Part shown: positions 18,595 through 27,911 of the stretch, piece by piece
Position numbering within the stretch: the stretch's first letter is position 1
Layout of the letters: each line of letters starts with the position of its first letter
Virus record (IMG/VR): IMGVR_UViG_3300017743_000014
Coordinates: 1 to 51,907 of that record
Reading direction: 5' to 3' (one strand)
DNA from: a virus
Lineage: Duplodnaviria; Caudoviricetes
DNA length: 51,907 bases
Made by a program: the position numbers and the translations under genes
The notes under the pieces: model-generated
The model's input: only the letters and a program-made list of their open reading frames with translations
What the model was told of the DNA's origin: nothing
Database searches by the model: none

Positions 18595-18842
18595 TAGCTT
18601 ATGACTCCTTTCGCTTTCAAATCTTCAATTAATGTCCCTAAAACATCTGCCACTTCTGCTAAAGTTGTTGAGTCTGCGTCTAAAACATAATCTTTTGTTA
18701 CATTGGTTGTTTGATATGGTGTTGCAGAGGCAGAAGAATTTATTTCATTAAGCTGAAGCTCAATTGTCGATATGGTTCTTTGTGCCCAAGACTTGTCCCA
18801 TTCTTTGGGTGGCTGTGGCAATCTTACATTTATCCTGCTCAT
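18594..18842 (-). CDS. Small tail-associated protein
   Basis: LPQPPKEW...W.QR N-terminus. Coupled to the nozzle gene. Confidence 0.6.
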   Translation of the reverse strand: MSRINVRLPQPPKEWDKSWAQRTISTIELQLNEINSSASATPYQTTNVTKDYVLDADSTTLAEVADVLGTLIEDLKAKGVIS

Positions 18843-20740
18843 CTTAAACCATCCTGCCGTACATTAACTCTGAAATCACCAAGCGACCAACTATCACCGA
18901 TGGCATCACTTTGCAATTTAACACTCATCTGACGACCACGTGCTCGCATGCTTACTTTAGTTGAATTCTGAGAAATAGTAAATGGTCCTTTTGTGACAGC
19001 TGTCGAATTAGGATATTTCTGCGTTTCTATCGTAACATCCAAAGTTCCTGTTATTGTTGCGTCTGGTATTATTTTATCAACCAGCATCAAAGAGTCTCCA
19101 GATCCTGTCATCTCCAAAGGTGAAGACTCAACATGAGCATTCAATGCTGCGCCATCTGCGTCTGTGCCACTCTCATGTTCGTATAGACATCCATCAGAAT
19201 CATATGCGAAAGGCTTAGTCCTGAAGCCAAAAGAATCAAACCAACAAGTCCTATCAATAGAACCAAAAGACCAAGCTGCATTCTCATAATTATAAGTCAC
19301 ATATGAATCAGGCTCTGGGTTTCCTGTTGTGTTTGTGTTGGCTGTTGAGACATAAAACCAACTGACCTCATTAAACTCTTTGTTGTGGGCTGCAAAACTT
19401 TTATCCGCAAAATCATTTTGCATCCTGTCAAACACAAAGTATTTAACTGAGCAAGGCATTTCATTAACAGCACCATTGTACATGAAGAAATTTTTCTTGC
19501 CCATCCAGTAAACATCACCATCAACATTCATCAAGGTATTTTTGCCAATAGCACCGCAATTTGTACCCACAAGCCTGAATGCAAAAGTGAATGGCGGACC
19601 AACAAAGCTCATTCCGTAAACTGCTTCATCAGTAGATATAAATGTTTCGTCTCTCGTCGGGATCATAGCGACAATCTTTGTCCCGATCTCCAGCCTTTGA
19701 TCACCTGCTGTGTTTGTTGCGGATGGAGTCCAATTCTTAAAATCTTCTTGATCAGACCAACGAACAAGCATAGGGTCGATATCTGAACCACCCAATGGAG
19801 TTGTTCCACCGCAAACAAGATGCCTATCAGGGAAGGAAACTGTTGAGACTCTGTTTTCAGTAGGAACACCTGATGCACCCCCAAGACTAGAAACCAGAAC
19901 TGCCCTAGATCCAACTCCTGTTGAGGTGTCCCAATAGTATATACCACCATTACGAACAGTGGCTATCAAGTCTTCGCCCCAAAGAGACAAAGACCACTGA
20001 GAGTTTTCCATAACAACAGTTGAAGTTGTTGATGACCTCGGTGTTCCCCAAGTGCCAATTCCCCAGCCACCTGACCCCCAGCCTAGAGCTGCTGCAGATG
20101 TTTGAGTTCCTAAGTTGTCTGCCAAGCCTATTAAGTAATCAGCATCTACCCCAGAGCCACCACCAGATGCTGTTGAGGTTGCTGCTGTTGGGACTTCAAT
20201 TGAATATGAGTTCGCATTTATATAAGTGAGCTGATATCCGTAATATCTGTTAAGGGTGTCTGCAGATATGCCACCTGTTGCTGTTGCTTCTTTGAAGCGA
20301 ACAAAGTCTCCATCACTCGCACCATGTGCTGTGTCTGTAACTGTGACAGTTGTGCTACCACTAACAGCAGCAAAAGGATCTGCATTTATATTTGTTGCTG
20401 AAGCACGCAAAGGTGTTATGTCAAAAAGAGCTTCATTCTCAAGTATGAAAAGATGATTGTGCGTCCCGATCGCCATATAATCTTCGCCATCAGAAAGCGA
20501 TCTCCAGAAATTCAAATTTCTTGCCATTCCTATAAGTTTCGCTTCTGTTGAGTAATCAGCATTACCATCAGGCAACACTCCATACATTGTGTCTTTTACC
20601 CAACCACCTATTTTTGTAGGATAGCCATTCCGGAAACGGATGTTGCTCCCATCAACCCAATATGGACCATTTTTGCCAGCACTGTATTCAGTAATATCTT
20701 TAACGATTCCTGGATTAAATTTAAGAAGCTGCAATGTCAT
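18839..20740 (-). CDS. Tail nozzle / DNA stabilisation protein (P22 gp10 / T7 gp12-like)
   Basis: Beta-propeller-like sequence, VRWSDQED, VYWMG..NFF.Y.G, R.RGRQ, FCCH-like insert TVTVTDTAHG. Confidence 0.75.
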   Translation of the reverse strand: MTLQLLKFNPGIVKDITEYSAGKNGPYWVDGSNIRFRNGYPTKIGGWVKDTMYGVLPDGNADYSTEAKLIGMARNLNFWRSLSDGEDYMAIGTHNHLFILENEALFDITPLRASATNINADPFAAVSGSTTVTVTDTAHGASDGDFVRFKEATATGGISADTLNRYYGYQLTYINANSYSIEVPTAATSTASGGGSGVDADYLIGLADNLGTQTSAAALGWGSGGWGIGTWGTPRSSTTSTVVMENSQWSLSLWGEDLIATVRNGGIYYWDTSTGVGSRAVLVSSLGGASGVPTENRVSTVSFPDRHLVCGGTTPLGGSDIDPMLVRWSDQEDFKNWTPSATNTAGDQRLEIGTKIVAMIPTRDETFISTDEAVYGMSFVGPPFTFAFRLVGTNCGAIGKNTLMNVDGDVYWMGKKNFFMYNGAVNEMPCSVKYFVFDRMQNDFADKSFAAHNKEFNEVSWFYVSTANTNTTGNPEPDSYVTYNYENAAWSFGSIDRTCWFDSFGFRTKPFAYDSDGCLYEHESGTDADGAALNAHVESSPLEMTGSGDSLMLVDKIIPDATITGTLDVTIETQKYPNSTAVTKGPFTISQNSTKVSMRARGRQMSVKLQSDAIGDSWSLGDFRVNVRQDGLR

Positions 20741-21249
20741 TTCATAAGCTCCTTGGCTTGGTGCTCTGTTTCTGAATTTCGACGTGTCCAGCCTTTGCCG
20801 AATGTTTCAAATGTTTTTAGGCTTTCATAGAAATCTTGCCTAACATTGCAAACTTTTTCTATTATATCTATAGGTTCCACTTTGGCCACTGCAGCCAGTG
20901 TCATGGGACCAATGGCTCCGTCTGTAGAAACCCCCACAACTTCTTGGAGAGCCTTTGCAGAGCGTCCTGGACCACTGTTAACAGCCCAATCAAATATGCA
21001 CCAGTCAACCCCGTCTGGCAGGTCATCACCTTTAACTTTATCCCAGTATTTTTCTTTATAAAGTGGAGTCACGTCTGCAACAGTCAAAGCCTTTATATCA
21101 TCTTTCGTAACTTCTTGACCTATGTAATCTTCCCAGACCTTTTTTGTAACACCCAGATTCGTTGCCCCTCCAGGATCATCTGGGTGATCAACATAGCCAC
21201 CTTCATGAGCCAGAAGCATCTCCATACATTTATTTAGGTTGTGATTCAT
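20737..21249 (-). CDS. Endolysin, glycoside hydrolase family 108 with PG-binding domain
   Basis: HEGGYVDHPDDPGGATNLGVT, FDWAVNSG, DGAIGP.TL, FGKGWTRR. Confidence 0.93.
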   Translation of the reverse strand: MNHNLNKCMEMLLAHEGGYVDHPDDPGGATNLGVTKKVWEDYIGQEVTKDDIKALTVADVTPLYKEKYWDKVKGDDLPDGVDWCIFDWAVNSGPGRSAKALQEVVGVSTDGAIGPMTLAAVAKVEPIDIIEKVCNVRQDFYESLKTFETFGKGWTRRNSETEHQAKELMK

Positions 21250-21250
21250 T

Positions 21251-21628
21251 TTATTTTCTCAACCCTCTTATTCCTCTTATGCCAAAGCTAGCTCCAATGC
21301 TAGCATACATTGCCCATTGAAACCAATCTGGTGTTTTTGAAAGTGCTTCAAATCCACCTTCAACATAAGGCTGTGTGAAAGGTATGAAGCACATTGCAAT
21401 GATAACTATAAACAGAATAGTCCAAGCCTCATCTTTCCAACTGTTGTCGGAGGCCTGTGCCATTATTTTTTCCCAGCCAGCTTCATGCGTAGCGGCAACC
21501 TTCATCACTTCAGCTTCAGCCTCAGCTTTTGCTCTTGCGACTGCACCTTTGGCTTTTGTTTGCTCAACCTTTGATTCCATCCAAGACCCAGCAAGGTTAG
21601 CGATCGGTCCAATTAAAGCCTGTATCAT
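21251..21628 (-). CDS. Holin-like membrane protein (3TM / GTA-holin-like)
   Basis: SWKDEAW.ILF..., P.WFQW..Y..I.ASFGIRG. Adjacent to the endolysin. Confidence 0.65.
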   Translation of the reverse strand: MIQALIGPIANLAGSWMESKVEQTKAKGAVARAKAEAEAEVMKVAATHEAGWEKIMAQASDNSWKDEAWTILFIVIIAMCFIPFTQPYVEGGFEALSKTPDWFQWAMYASIGASFGIRGIRGLRK

Positions 21629-21819
21629 TTCTCACTCCCGAGCCAAACAGCGAATGCACCAGTCATCGCCCCACTGACGACGCTGATCATTGCACTTTGC
21701 TGAGTTGTCAAATCGTCAAGGCTGATGCCCCATTCAATGACACGTATATACATGACAGTCATAACAAACATCATCAATCTTGGAAGTATTTTCCATCTCA
21801 AAAATGTTTCTACTGTCAC
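21625..21819 (-). CDS. Small two-TM membrane protein (lysis cassette)
   Basis: GTG start, two hydrophobic segments. Confidence 0.6.
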   Translation of the reverse strand: MTVETFLRWKILPRLMMFVMTVMYIRVIEWGISLDDLTTQQSAMISVVSGAMTGAFAVWLGSEK

Positions 21820-21993
21820 CTAAACACTCCTTGTTAAAATGCCCACCAACAAAAGTATGGTAGTTCCAGCAGTGCCAATCATTATATGCTCAATGCGTTT
21901 TATACGGAGGATTGTTTCTTTCCACCTCTCCGCACAAACTGCCTCATGAGTATCAATTTGCGATTGTAGCTTCTGAACTGTTGGCTTGGTCAA
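21820..21993 (-). CDS. 57-aa coiled-coil + C-terminal TM protein (not in ORF track)
   Basis: TTG start behind GGAGGAG. MTKPTVQKLQSQIDTHEAVCAERWKETILRIKRIEHIMIGTAGTTILLLVGILTRSV fills the gap in the operon. Confidence 0.65.
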   Translation of the reverse strand: MTKPTVQKLQSQIDTHEAVCAERWKETILRIKRIEHIMIGTAGTTILLLVGILTRSV

Positions 21994-22189
21994 CTGGCTC
22001 CTCCACAGATTTTATTAAGGCAGCAGTGAAATGGTCTTGAGCAACCTGAACCTGATCAAGTTGAAATCTCAAAGAACCAGCTTTTCCCTGAAGGTCTCGT
22101 ATCTGATTGATCAGATACACCTGCTGATTATTCAAGCTGGACTCATCGTACTCTTTGCCTGCGATTGTGATCACATTTGACTCACTCAT
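21953..22189 (-). CDS. Hypothetical coiled-coil protein
   Basis: ITIAGKEYD N-terminus. Coupled to the upstream gene. Confidence 0.65.
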   Translation of the reverse strand: MSESNVITIAGKEYDESSLNNQQVYLINQIRDLQGKAGSLRFQLDQVQVAQDHFTAALIKSVEEPVDQANSSEATIAN

Positions 22190-22431
22190 GATGCGGTGTA
22201 CGCCTTACCTGCTGTGATTGCGGCATTTACTGCTGTCATGCTTTGATCTGTCCAGTAAGATTGAGCTACCATCAACTCCAGATGTTCAACATTGCGATCA
22301 ACACACTTCTGACGATCTGCTGCATCTTCTGTTTCCATTCTGCTGCCAGCAATAACAGCAGTAATCATGTCAACACTGTCACCCATTGCGCTATAATTCT
22401 GTGCAATTTGCTCTGTTGTGATTTCGTCCAT
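22186..22431 (-). CDS. Hypothetical protein downstream of the tail fibre
   Basis: AGGAG RBS, operon position. Confidence 0.65.
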   Translation of the reverse strand: MDEITTEQIAQNYSAMGDSVDMITAVIAGSRMETEDAADRQKCVDRNVEHLELMVAQSYWTDQSMTAVNAAITAGKAYTAS

Positions 22432-22432
22432 T

Positions 22433-25306
22433 TTATTCTCCTATTTTGGTTTCCAATTCAGCGACCTTTGCTGAAAGTTCTTTAACGGCATTTACCAAAT
22501 ACCACGTCATGTTATCTGGGTCAACAGACATGACTCCTGTCGTTTCTGTTCTTACCATGTCTGGAAGAACTTCTGCGATTTCTTGAGCTATAACGCCAAG
22601 CTGTTCTCCTGGTTTGTTGAGGATCGCTTGATTAGAATCAAGTTCTGTTACTTCTCCTGGATCACGATACTTAAAGTTTTTTACTTTAATTTTATTAATC
22701 GCATCAAGACCAGTGCTGTTGTCTATGATATCTTTTTTAAGCCGTCTGTCTGAAGTGGTGGACCAAGAAGAAGAGTTATTACTTTGATACATACCTCCAC
22801 CATGGAGTTGCATGATGCCAGTACGAGACCCTTTGGTGGTGGCGTTGTAGCCGATGCCTATAGAAAACTCATCGCTGGCGGCAGCTGGCTGACTGTAATC
22901 ACCTATTATAGTGTTACCAGTTCCAGTTGTCAGTGAAGTGCTATAATAAGCTGCTTGGAAACCAATTAAAATATTATCTGTTCCAGTAGTAACGTTGTTA
23001 CCAGCACGCTTACCTATACAAGTATTCAAACTGCCTGTTGTTATGCTTACTCCTGCGTCCCGACCAATAAGTGTACATCCATCTACTGTCGTAGCCAAAC
23101 GCCCAGCGTCAATGCCCATACCTACATTGTCTGTGCCTGTGGTAAGGTCAGCAAAGCAGTTTTGGCCCACGGCTGTGTTGTAGCTTCCTGTAGTCAAATC
23201 AGAAAGGCAGAAAATGCCTACACCTGTGTTTTCAGTTGCCGTTGTCATCGCATCCAAAACAAAAGCACCAAGTGCTGTGCTGTCTGTGCCTGTGGTACAA
23301 GATGCAAGAGCCAACTTGCCAAATGCTGTGTTTGTTGATCCTGTGGTGTTTTGATACAAAGCAGCATAACCCATAGCAGTGTTTCCTGCTGCTGTCGTGT
23401 TGGCTTGAAGTGCCTGTTGGCCCACTGCTGTATTATCGTTGCCTGTGGTGGTGTTTTGAAGAGCAAATGTACCCAATCCAGTATTAGATGAGCCTGTTGT
23501 TGTTGTGTTTAGTGCACTCGCACCAAGAGCTACGTTGTTTCCACCAGAAGTTATAGAATATCCTGCATTATCACCAATTATAGTATTAAGGTTGCCTGTG
23601 ACAGCCCCGCCAGCAAGAGCATTATCACCAATAGCAATATTTTGCTGGCCTGTGGTCATTGATGCACCAGCATTATTACCCACACAAACATTTTCACCAT
23701 TACCAGTAGTGATGGCAGAGCCAGCATTGTGACCAACAAGAGTGTTGCTTGGAGAAGTCGTTATTGCATCACCAGCGTTCATGCCGATTACTACGTTGTT
23801 TGATGCTGTAGTATTTGACGCTAAAGCATTATCACCAATTCCTACGTTAGATGCACCAGTAGTATTTGCAATTAATGCACCCTCTCCTACCGCCGTATTT
23901 CCTGCTCCTGTCGTGTTTGAAAACAAAGCACTGTCACCGACTGCCGTATTGTTAGCCGCAGTGGTGTTTCCGCTTAGAGCATTTCTTCCAACGGCTACGT
24001 TGTTTGAGCCTGTTGTGTTTGCATCAAGTGCTTGGGCACCGATAGCAACATTCTGTGCGCCCGTGGTGTTTGCGTATAACGCTTGATACCCGCAAGCGGT
24101 ATTGCTTCCTCCTGTGGTGTTTGTCTCCAGTGCAAGACCACCAACCGCTGTGTTTATTTCGCCAGTGGTGGTTGAGTTCAAAGCAGAGTATCCAATAGCC
24201 GTGTTGTAATCCACACCGCTATCAGTGGCGTTATATGTTTCAAGCGCACCATACCCCATCGCCGTGTTTCGGCCACCAGTGGTGTTTGCAGTCATAGCGT
24301 TGTAACCGATTGCTACGTTTCTATCACTTGAAGTGGCAGCGTCAAGTGACGCATAACCAACAGCTACGTTTCTTGCGCCATTAACATTAGCGTCCATTGA
24401 CGCATAACCGATAGCCGTATTGGAACTTGCTACGGTGTTGTTTTGCAAAGCAGCCCTGCCCACAGCGACATTCTCTTCGCCTGTAGTGTTTGAAGTCATA
24501 GCATTTTGACCGATTGCTGTGTTACTATTTGCCGTAGTATTTGCATCAAGAGCTTGCGCCCCTACAGCTACGTTAAGAGTGCCAGTGGTGTTTGCATCCA
24601 AAGCACGAAAGCCCATCGCCGTATTGTTAGATGCCGTAGTGTTGTTATCTAACGCCCGATGTCCGACTGCTGTATTTGATGCCCCCGTTGTATTTGCTAC
24701 TAGGGCAGACATTCCTACCGCAATATTTTCTGCACCAGATGTATTAGCGGATAAGGCCGCATGACCAATAGCTGTGTTGTTTCCACCAGACAACGAACCA
24801 TCATCCAATGCGGTGTCACCCAATGCCACATTGTTTGTGCCTGTCGGGTAGTTGCCGTCTAGCTTGATTGTGCCGCCGTCTACTGACAAGTTTGTTAAGC
24901 TGTCAACAGCTTCAACAACATTAGTTGCATCGCAATATAAAAACTTCGTTTGGCCATTGGGGATCGTTATCCCTGTGCCACCAGAAGTTTTAACTGTGAT
25001 TGCGTAGCCACCACCTGTATTATTTTTGAATAGGTACAACTTATCAGAACTAGGAACTACAACATTCCTAGCAGCACCTAAAGTTCCTGTTATAATGACA
25101 CAAGCATTACGAGATTCATCACTCGCACCATTGCTTGTTGTCAAGGAATAATTTGCTGAATCGTCGTGAGTTACATTAGCGACTCCTGAGATTGATTGCT
25201 CAATCAAAGTGCCAATGTTAGTATTTGAGATGTTTCCCCATGTTCCTGACTTCTCGCCAGTCGCCATGAGTTCAAAGCGAAGATTGGTTGAGTAAGTACT
25301 AGCCAT
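22433..25306 (-). CDS. Tail fibre with 14-aa beta-roll repeats and C-terminal S74 intramolecular chaperone
   Basis: Dozens of NTAVGxxAL / xxNTTG repeats. SDRRLKKDI...GVIAQE...LVNAVKEL. Confidence 0.9.
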   Translation of the reverse strand: MASTYSTNLRFELMATGEKSGTWGNISNTNIGTLIEQSISGVANVTHDDSANYSLTTSNGASDESRNACVIITGTLGAARNVVVPSSDKLYLFKNNTGGGYAITVKTSGGTGITIPNGQTKFLYCDATNVVEAVDSLTNLSVDGGTIKLDGNYPTGTNNVALGDTALDDGSLSGGNNTAIGHAALSANTSGAENIAVGMSALVANTTGASNTAVGHRALDNNTTASNNTAMGFRALDANTTGTLNVAVGAQALDANTTANSNTAIGQNAMTSNTTGEENVAVGRAALQNNTVASSNTAIGYASMDANVNGARNVAVGYASLDAATSSDRNVAIGYNAMTANTTGGRNTAMGYGALETYNATDSGVDYNTAIGYSALNSTTTGEINTAVGGLALETNTTGGSNTACGYQALYANTTGAQNVAIGAQALDANTTGSNNVAVGRNALSGNTTAANNTAVGDSALFSNTTGAGNTAVGEGALIANTTGASNVGIGDNALASNTTASNNVVIGMNAGDAITTSPSNTLVGHNAGSAITTGNGENVCVGNNAGASMTTGQQNIAIGDNALAGGAVTGNLNTIIGDNAGYSITSGGNNVALGASALNTTTTGSSNTGLGTFALQNTTTGNDNTAVGQQALQANTTAAGNTAMGYAALYQNTTGSTNTAFGKLALASCTTGTDSTALGAFVLDAMTTATENTGVGIFCLSDLTTGSYNTAVGQNCFADLTTGTDNVGMGIDAGRLATTVDGCTLIGRDAGVSITTGSLNTCIGKRAGNNVTTGTDNILIGFQAAYYSTSLTTGTGNTIIGDYSQPAAASDEFSIGIGYNATTKGSRTGIMQLHGGGMYQSNNSSSWSTTSDRRLKKDIIDNSTGLDAINKIKVKNFKYRDPGEVTELDSNQAILNKPGEQLGVIAQEIAEVLPDMVRTETTGVMSVDPDNMTWYLVNAVKELSAKVAELETKIGE

Positions 25307-25321
25307 GGTTTATAATCTCCC

Positions 25322-25738
25322 TTAGTCTATCCGTATGATTGCGCTTGTCCCAGCTGCAGGGAAAACAATTTTGAAAGTTCCTGAGGAAACTGTGAAATCT
25401 CCACCAAAGTCAAGAACAGCTATCGCCTTGTCACTAGCAGAGCTGTTATAAACTAAAGCACCCCTAGCAGTAAATGAAGCAGAAGTCCAAGTTGGGTCGT
25501 CTGCGTCAAAATAAGCAGTTGTACCAGAAGTTGCTACAACTCTGTTTGTAAGAGTTTCTCCGCCAGCACTGTAACCAGAACCGCTGACTTCATTGCTTGT
25601 GCTGTATGCTGTTGTTGTTGCACCCAAAGAAGCAGAGCTTGTAAAAAGTGCAATCTTAATGGTGTCTGCTACTAGGTCGTGAACTTCGTCCAAGATCTCT
25701 GCCTTGAATGATGTACACATTGCTTGTGATATCGCCAT
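25322..25738 (-). CDS. Virion structural protein
   Basis: MAISQAMCTSFK..., NEVSG.GY.AGG, A.GAL.YN...DFGGD beta-rich family. Confidence 0.7.
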   Translation of the reverse strand: MAISQAMCTSFKAEILDEVHDLVADTIKIALFTSSASLGATTTAYSTSNEVSGSGYSAGGETLTNRVVATSGTTAYFDADDPTWTSASFTARGALVYNSSASDKAIAVLDFGGDFTVSSGTFKIVFPAAGTSAIIRID

Positions 25739-26361
25739 TATATACCTCCATTGTATTCAGCTGTGTAGTTCCGAGCCATCTCTTGCTGGAACAGTTGAAC
25801 AGCTTCATCAAACTGCCCCTTGTATAAGTTTAGCGTTTCTGATGCTTTAAGAAAAGCAGAACTTTCATAAAGTGCTGCAGAAAGCAAAACATTTTCTGCA
25901 TTGTCACCGACCCAACTGTTTGAGTTTGTTGCGGAAAGACCAGTTTCTGGTGCTATTATATCAGCTTCATAAGAATAAGTTGCATCTGGCGTAGGAGCCA
26001 CAGTTATTGTTGTTCCTGCTATTGCGGAGGAATCTGTGCTATAAACTTCTGGAGTTCCTTGTGTCGCTGGATTTGGGAAATAATCCCTTAAATAAGAGTC
26101 GATCCTGTGATCTAAAAAAATAAGATTGTTTGAATTTGTTATTGATACTTGACGAATCATCCTAACGCTTGGTATTGTGTATGCTGCTGTGCCTATGACC
26201 ATGTTTCCTGTTGCAGATGACCTATAACAAGGCAAGCTTGGCAATCGCTGAAAGATCATCTCTTCAGCTTGAGATATTATTGTATCTATTGAATTAGAAA
26301 ACTCTGTTGAGTCGTCTTCCATGAAATCTTTAATGTTTTGAACTAATGCTGTATAATTCAT
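25738..26361 (-). CDS. Head-tail adaptor-like protein
   Basis: MNY..L...I.D..E, AE..I, G.P.VY, APTPD..Y, LL.AAL.E...FLK. Confidence 0.65.
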   Translation of the reverse strand: MNYTALVQNIKDFMEDDSTEFSNSIDTIISQAEEMIFQRLPSLPCYRSSATGNMVIGTAAYTIPSVRMIRQVSITNSNNLIFLDHRIDSYLRDYFPNPATQGTPEVYSTDSSAIAGTTITVAPTPDATYSYEADIIAPETGLSATNSNSWVGDNAENVLLSAALYESSAFLKASETLNLYKGQFDEAVQLFQQEMARNYTAEYNGGI

Positions 26362-27908
26362 CATTCACCCCATGCACCTGCACCCCATGCACCTTGACCC
26401 CAAGCAGCATCAACTTCGACTGAGAGAGTTCCAATAGCACCTGTTCCTGCGAGTCCTGTTTCAATAGCTTCACTAACTGCCTCTTCTGTTCCAACATTTC
26501 CTACTCCAGCTATACCTGATATTCCTGTAACAATCAATTGAATGTTGCCACTTCCTGATAAGCCAAAGCCTTCTACACTTCCTGTTGCAGCAACTGATGA
26601 AGCTATAGCAAACCTAGATATCTCTATGCTACTTATTGTTCCTGTGTTTGCTGTTGCCTCAACACCTGCATTTGTTGGGGTGCTGACCTCTGGGACTTCT
26701 GTTCCTGTTGTGCCTGTGCCTATTGCACTTGATGGCTGGGCAGAGAGTATTATGTTGGTGCCTGATTCAGTTACAGCTGGTGTATTAAGTTGACCACCCA
26801 TGCCAGAGTGTGCTGTGCAATAATAGTAAAGTGTCGGTGCACTTGATGCCACAGTTATCTCTGTATATGCCCCTGCACTTCCTGGAGTGCCATTTGTCGT
26901 AACACCTGTTGTATATTCTGAACCGCCACTATGCGACCCACCAGAGGTTGTGCTGAATCTTAATGGATGCCCAGAGTTGGTGCCATCAGACTGATCAAAC
27001 CTGTATGTTGTTCCTTCTGTAAGGCTTATTGTTGGAGCAGGACCACCAGTGTCAATGTAATATTTATTGCCAGAACCAGGATTGGATACTGTTATGGCCA
27101 GAGATATGGTTCCTGCGGCTGGGGTGTAAGATGTGCCACCCATGCCAGAGTGATTTGTACAATAATAATATAAAGTTGGTGCTGAGCCAGCAACCACTAT
27201 CTGAGTGTATGCTCCTGCTGATCCTGGAGTTCCAACTGTTGTGACTCCAGTTGTATACTCTGACCCACCGCTGTGAGAGCCACCAGAAGTTGTTGAGAAT
27301 CTCAGAGGATGCCCAGAATTAGTAGCATTAGACTGATCGAACCTGTAGGTCTTGCCTTCTTGTAAATAAAGCTGTTGTTGCTGAACTGAATCAATGTAAT
27401 ACTTGTTCCCACTTCCAGGATTTGCTACAGTTATTGCGTAATCAACATACTCAATAGCATGCAAGCTTCCGACATCACCAGTGCCTGCTACGCCTGTTAC
27501 TTGTGCATCAAGAGTTATAAAGAGACTTATTGTCCCGACTGCCCCTGATCCTGCGACTCCTGTTACTGTCAGATTAGGTACATCTAAATTTATTTGGGCA
27601 TAGCCTATTTCTGAAAAAGCTGGGACACCTATTGGTGGCCTTTGTGTTATTGGGATGAAAGGATCAAAATTGAATCCTATTTTGACTTCTGCATTTTCAG
27701 GGTCATTATCAGGCCTAGGATTAAAAAGAGCAGTGGCATCAACAACATTCCTTGGTGGCGTAAGTTGAGGATGTTTCGGTTCATAATCCTCAGGCTCAAC
27801 ACGCAAGCCATCCCAAGTCGTTTTAAGAGAGGTGTATGGGACTCTGAATCCAGAGCGATCGCCTATCGCTACAGACTTTTTCCCTCTTGCTCTCCTAACT
27901 CCTGCCAT
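26361..27908 (-). CDS. Virion protein with two tandem cupredoxin-like repeats
   Basis: Two ~102-aa repeats containing GHPLRF and LYYYCxxHSGMGG. C-terminal WG repeats. Confidence 0.75.
   Translation of the reverse strand: MAGVRRARGKKSVAIGDRSGFRVPYTSLKTTWDGLRVEPEDYEPKHPQLTPPRNVVDATALFNPRPDNDPENAEVKIGFNFDPFIPITQRPPIGVPAFSEIGYAQINLDVPNLTVTGVAGSGAVGTISLFITLDAQVTGVAGTGDVGSLHAIEYVDYAITVANPGSGNKYYIDSVQQQQLYLQEGKTYRFDQSNATNSGHPLRFSTTSGGSHSGGSEYTTGVTTVGTPGSAGAYTQIVVAGSAPTLYYYCTNHSGMGGTSYTPAAGTISLAITVSNPGSGNKYYIDTGGPAPTISLTEGTTYRFDQSDGTNSGHPLRFSTTSGGSHSGGSEYTTGVTTNGTPGSAGAYTEITVASSAPTLYYYCTAHSGMGGQLNTPAVTESGTNIILSAQPSSAIGTGTTGTEVPEVSTPTNAGVEATANTGTISSIEISRFAIASSVAATGSVEGFGLSGSGNIQLIVTGISGIAGVGNVGTEEAVSEAIETGLAGTGAIGTLSVEVDAAWGQGAWGAGAWGE
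26793..27440 (-). repeat. Tandem ~306-bp intragenic duplication (27135-27440 and 26793-27101)
   Basis: Protein repeats are near-identical while third codon positions have diverged. Confidence 0.9.
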
Positions 27909-27911
27909 TAT

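Noticed and set aside
22433-25306. Periodic DNA repeats resembling a CRISPR array or DGR template
   Set aside because: They are degenerate coding repeats in one ORF. There are no identical repeats with unique spacers, and no cas or reverse transcriptase gene.
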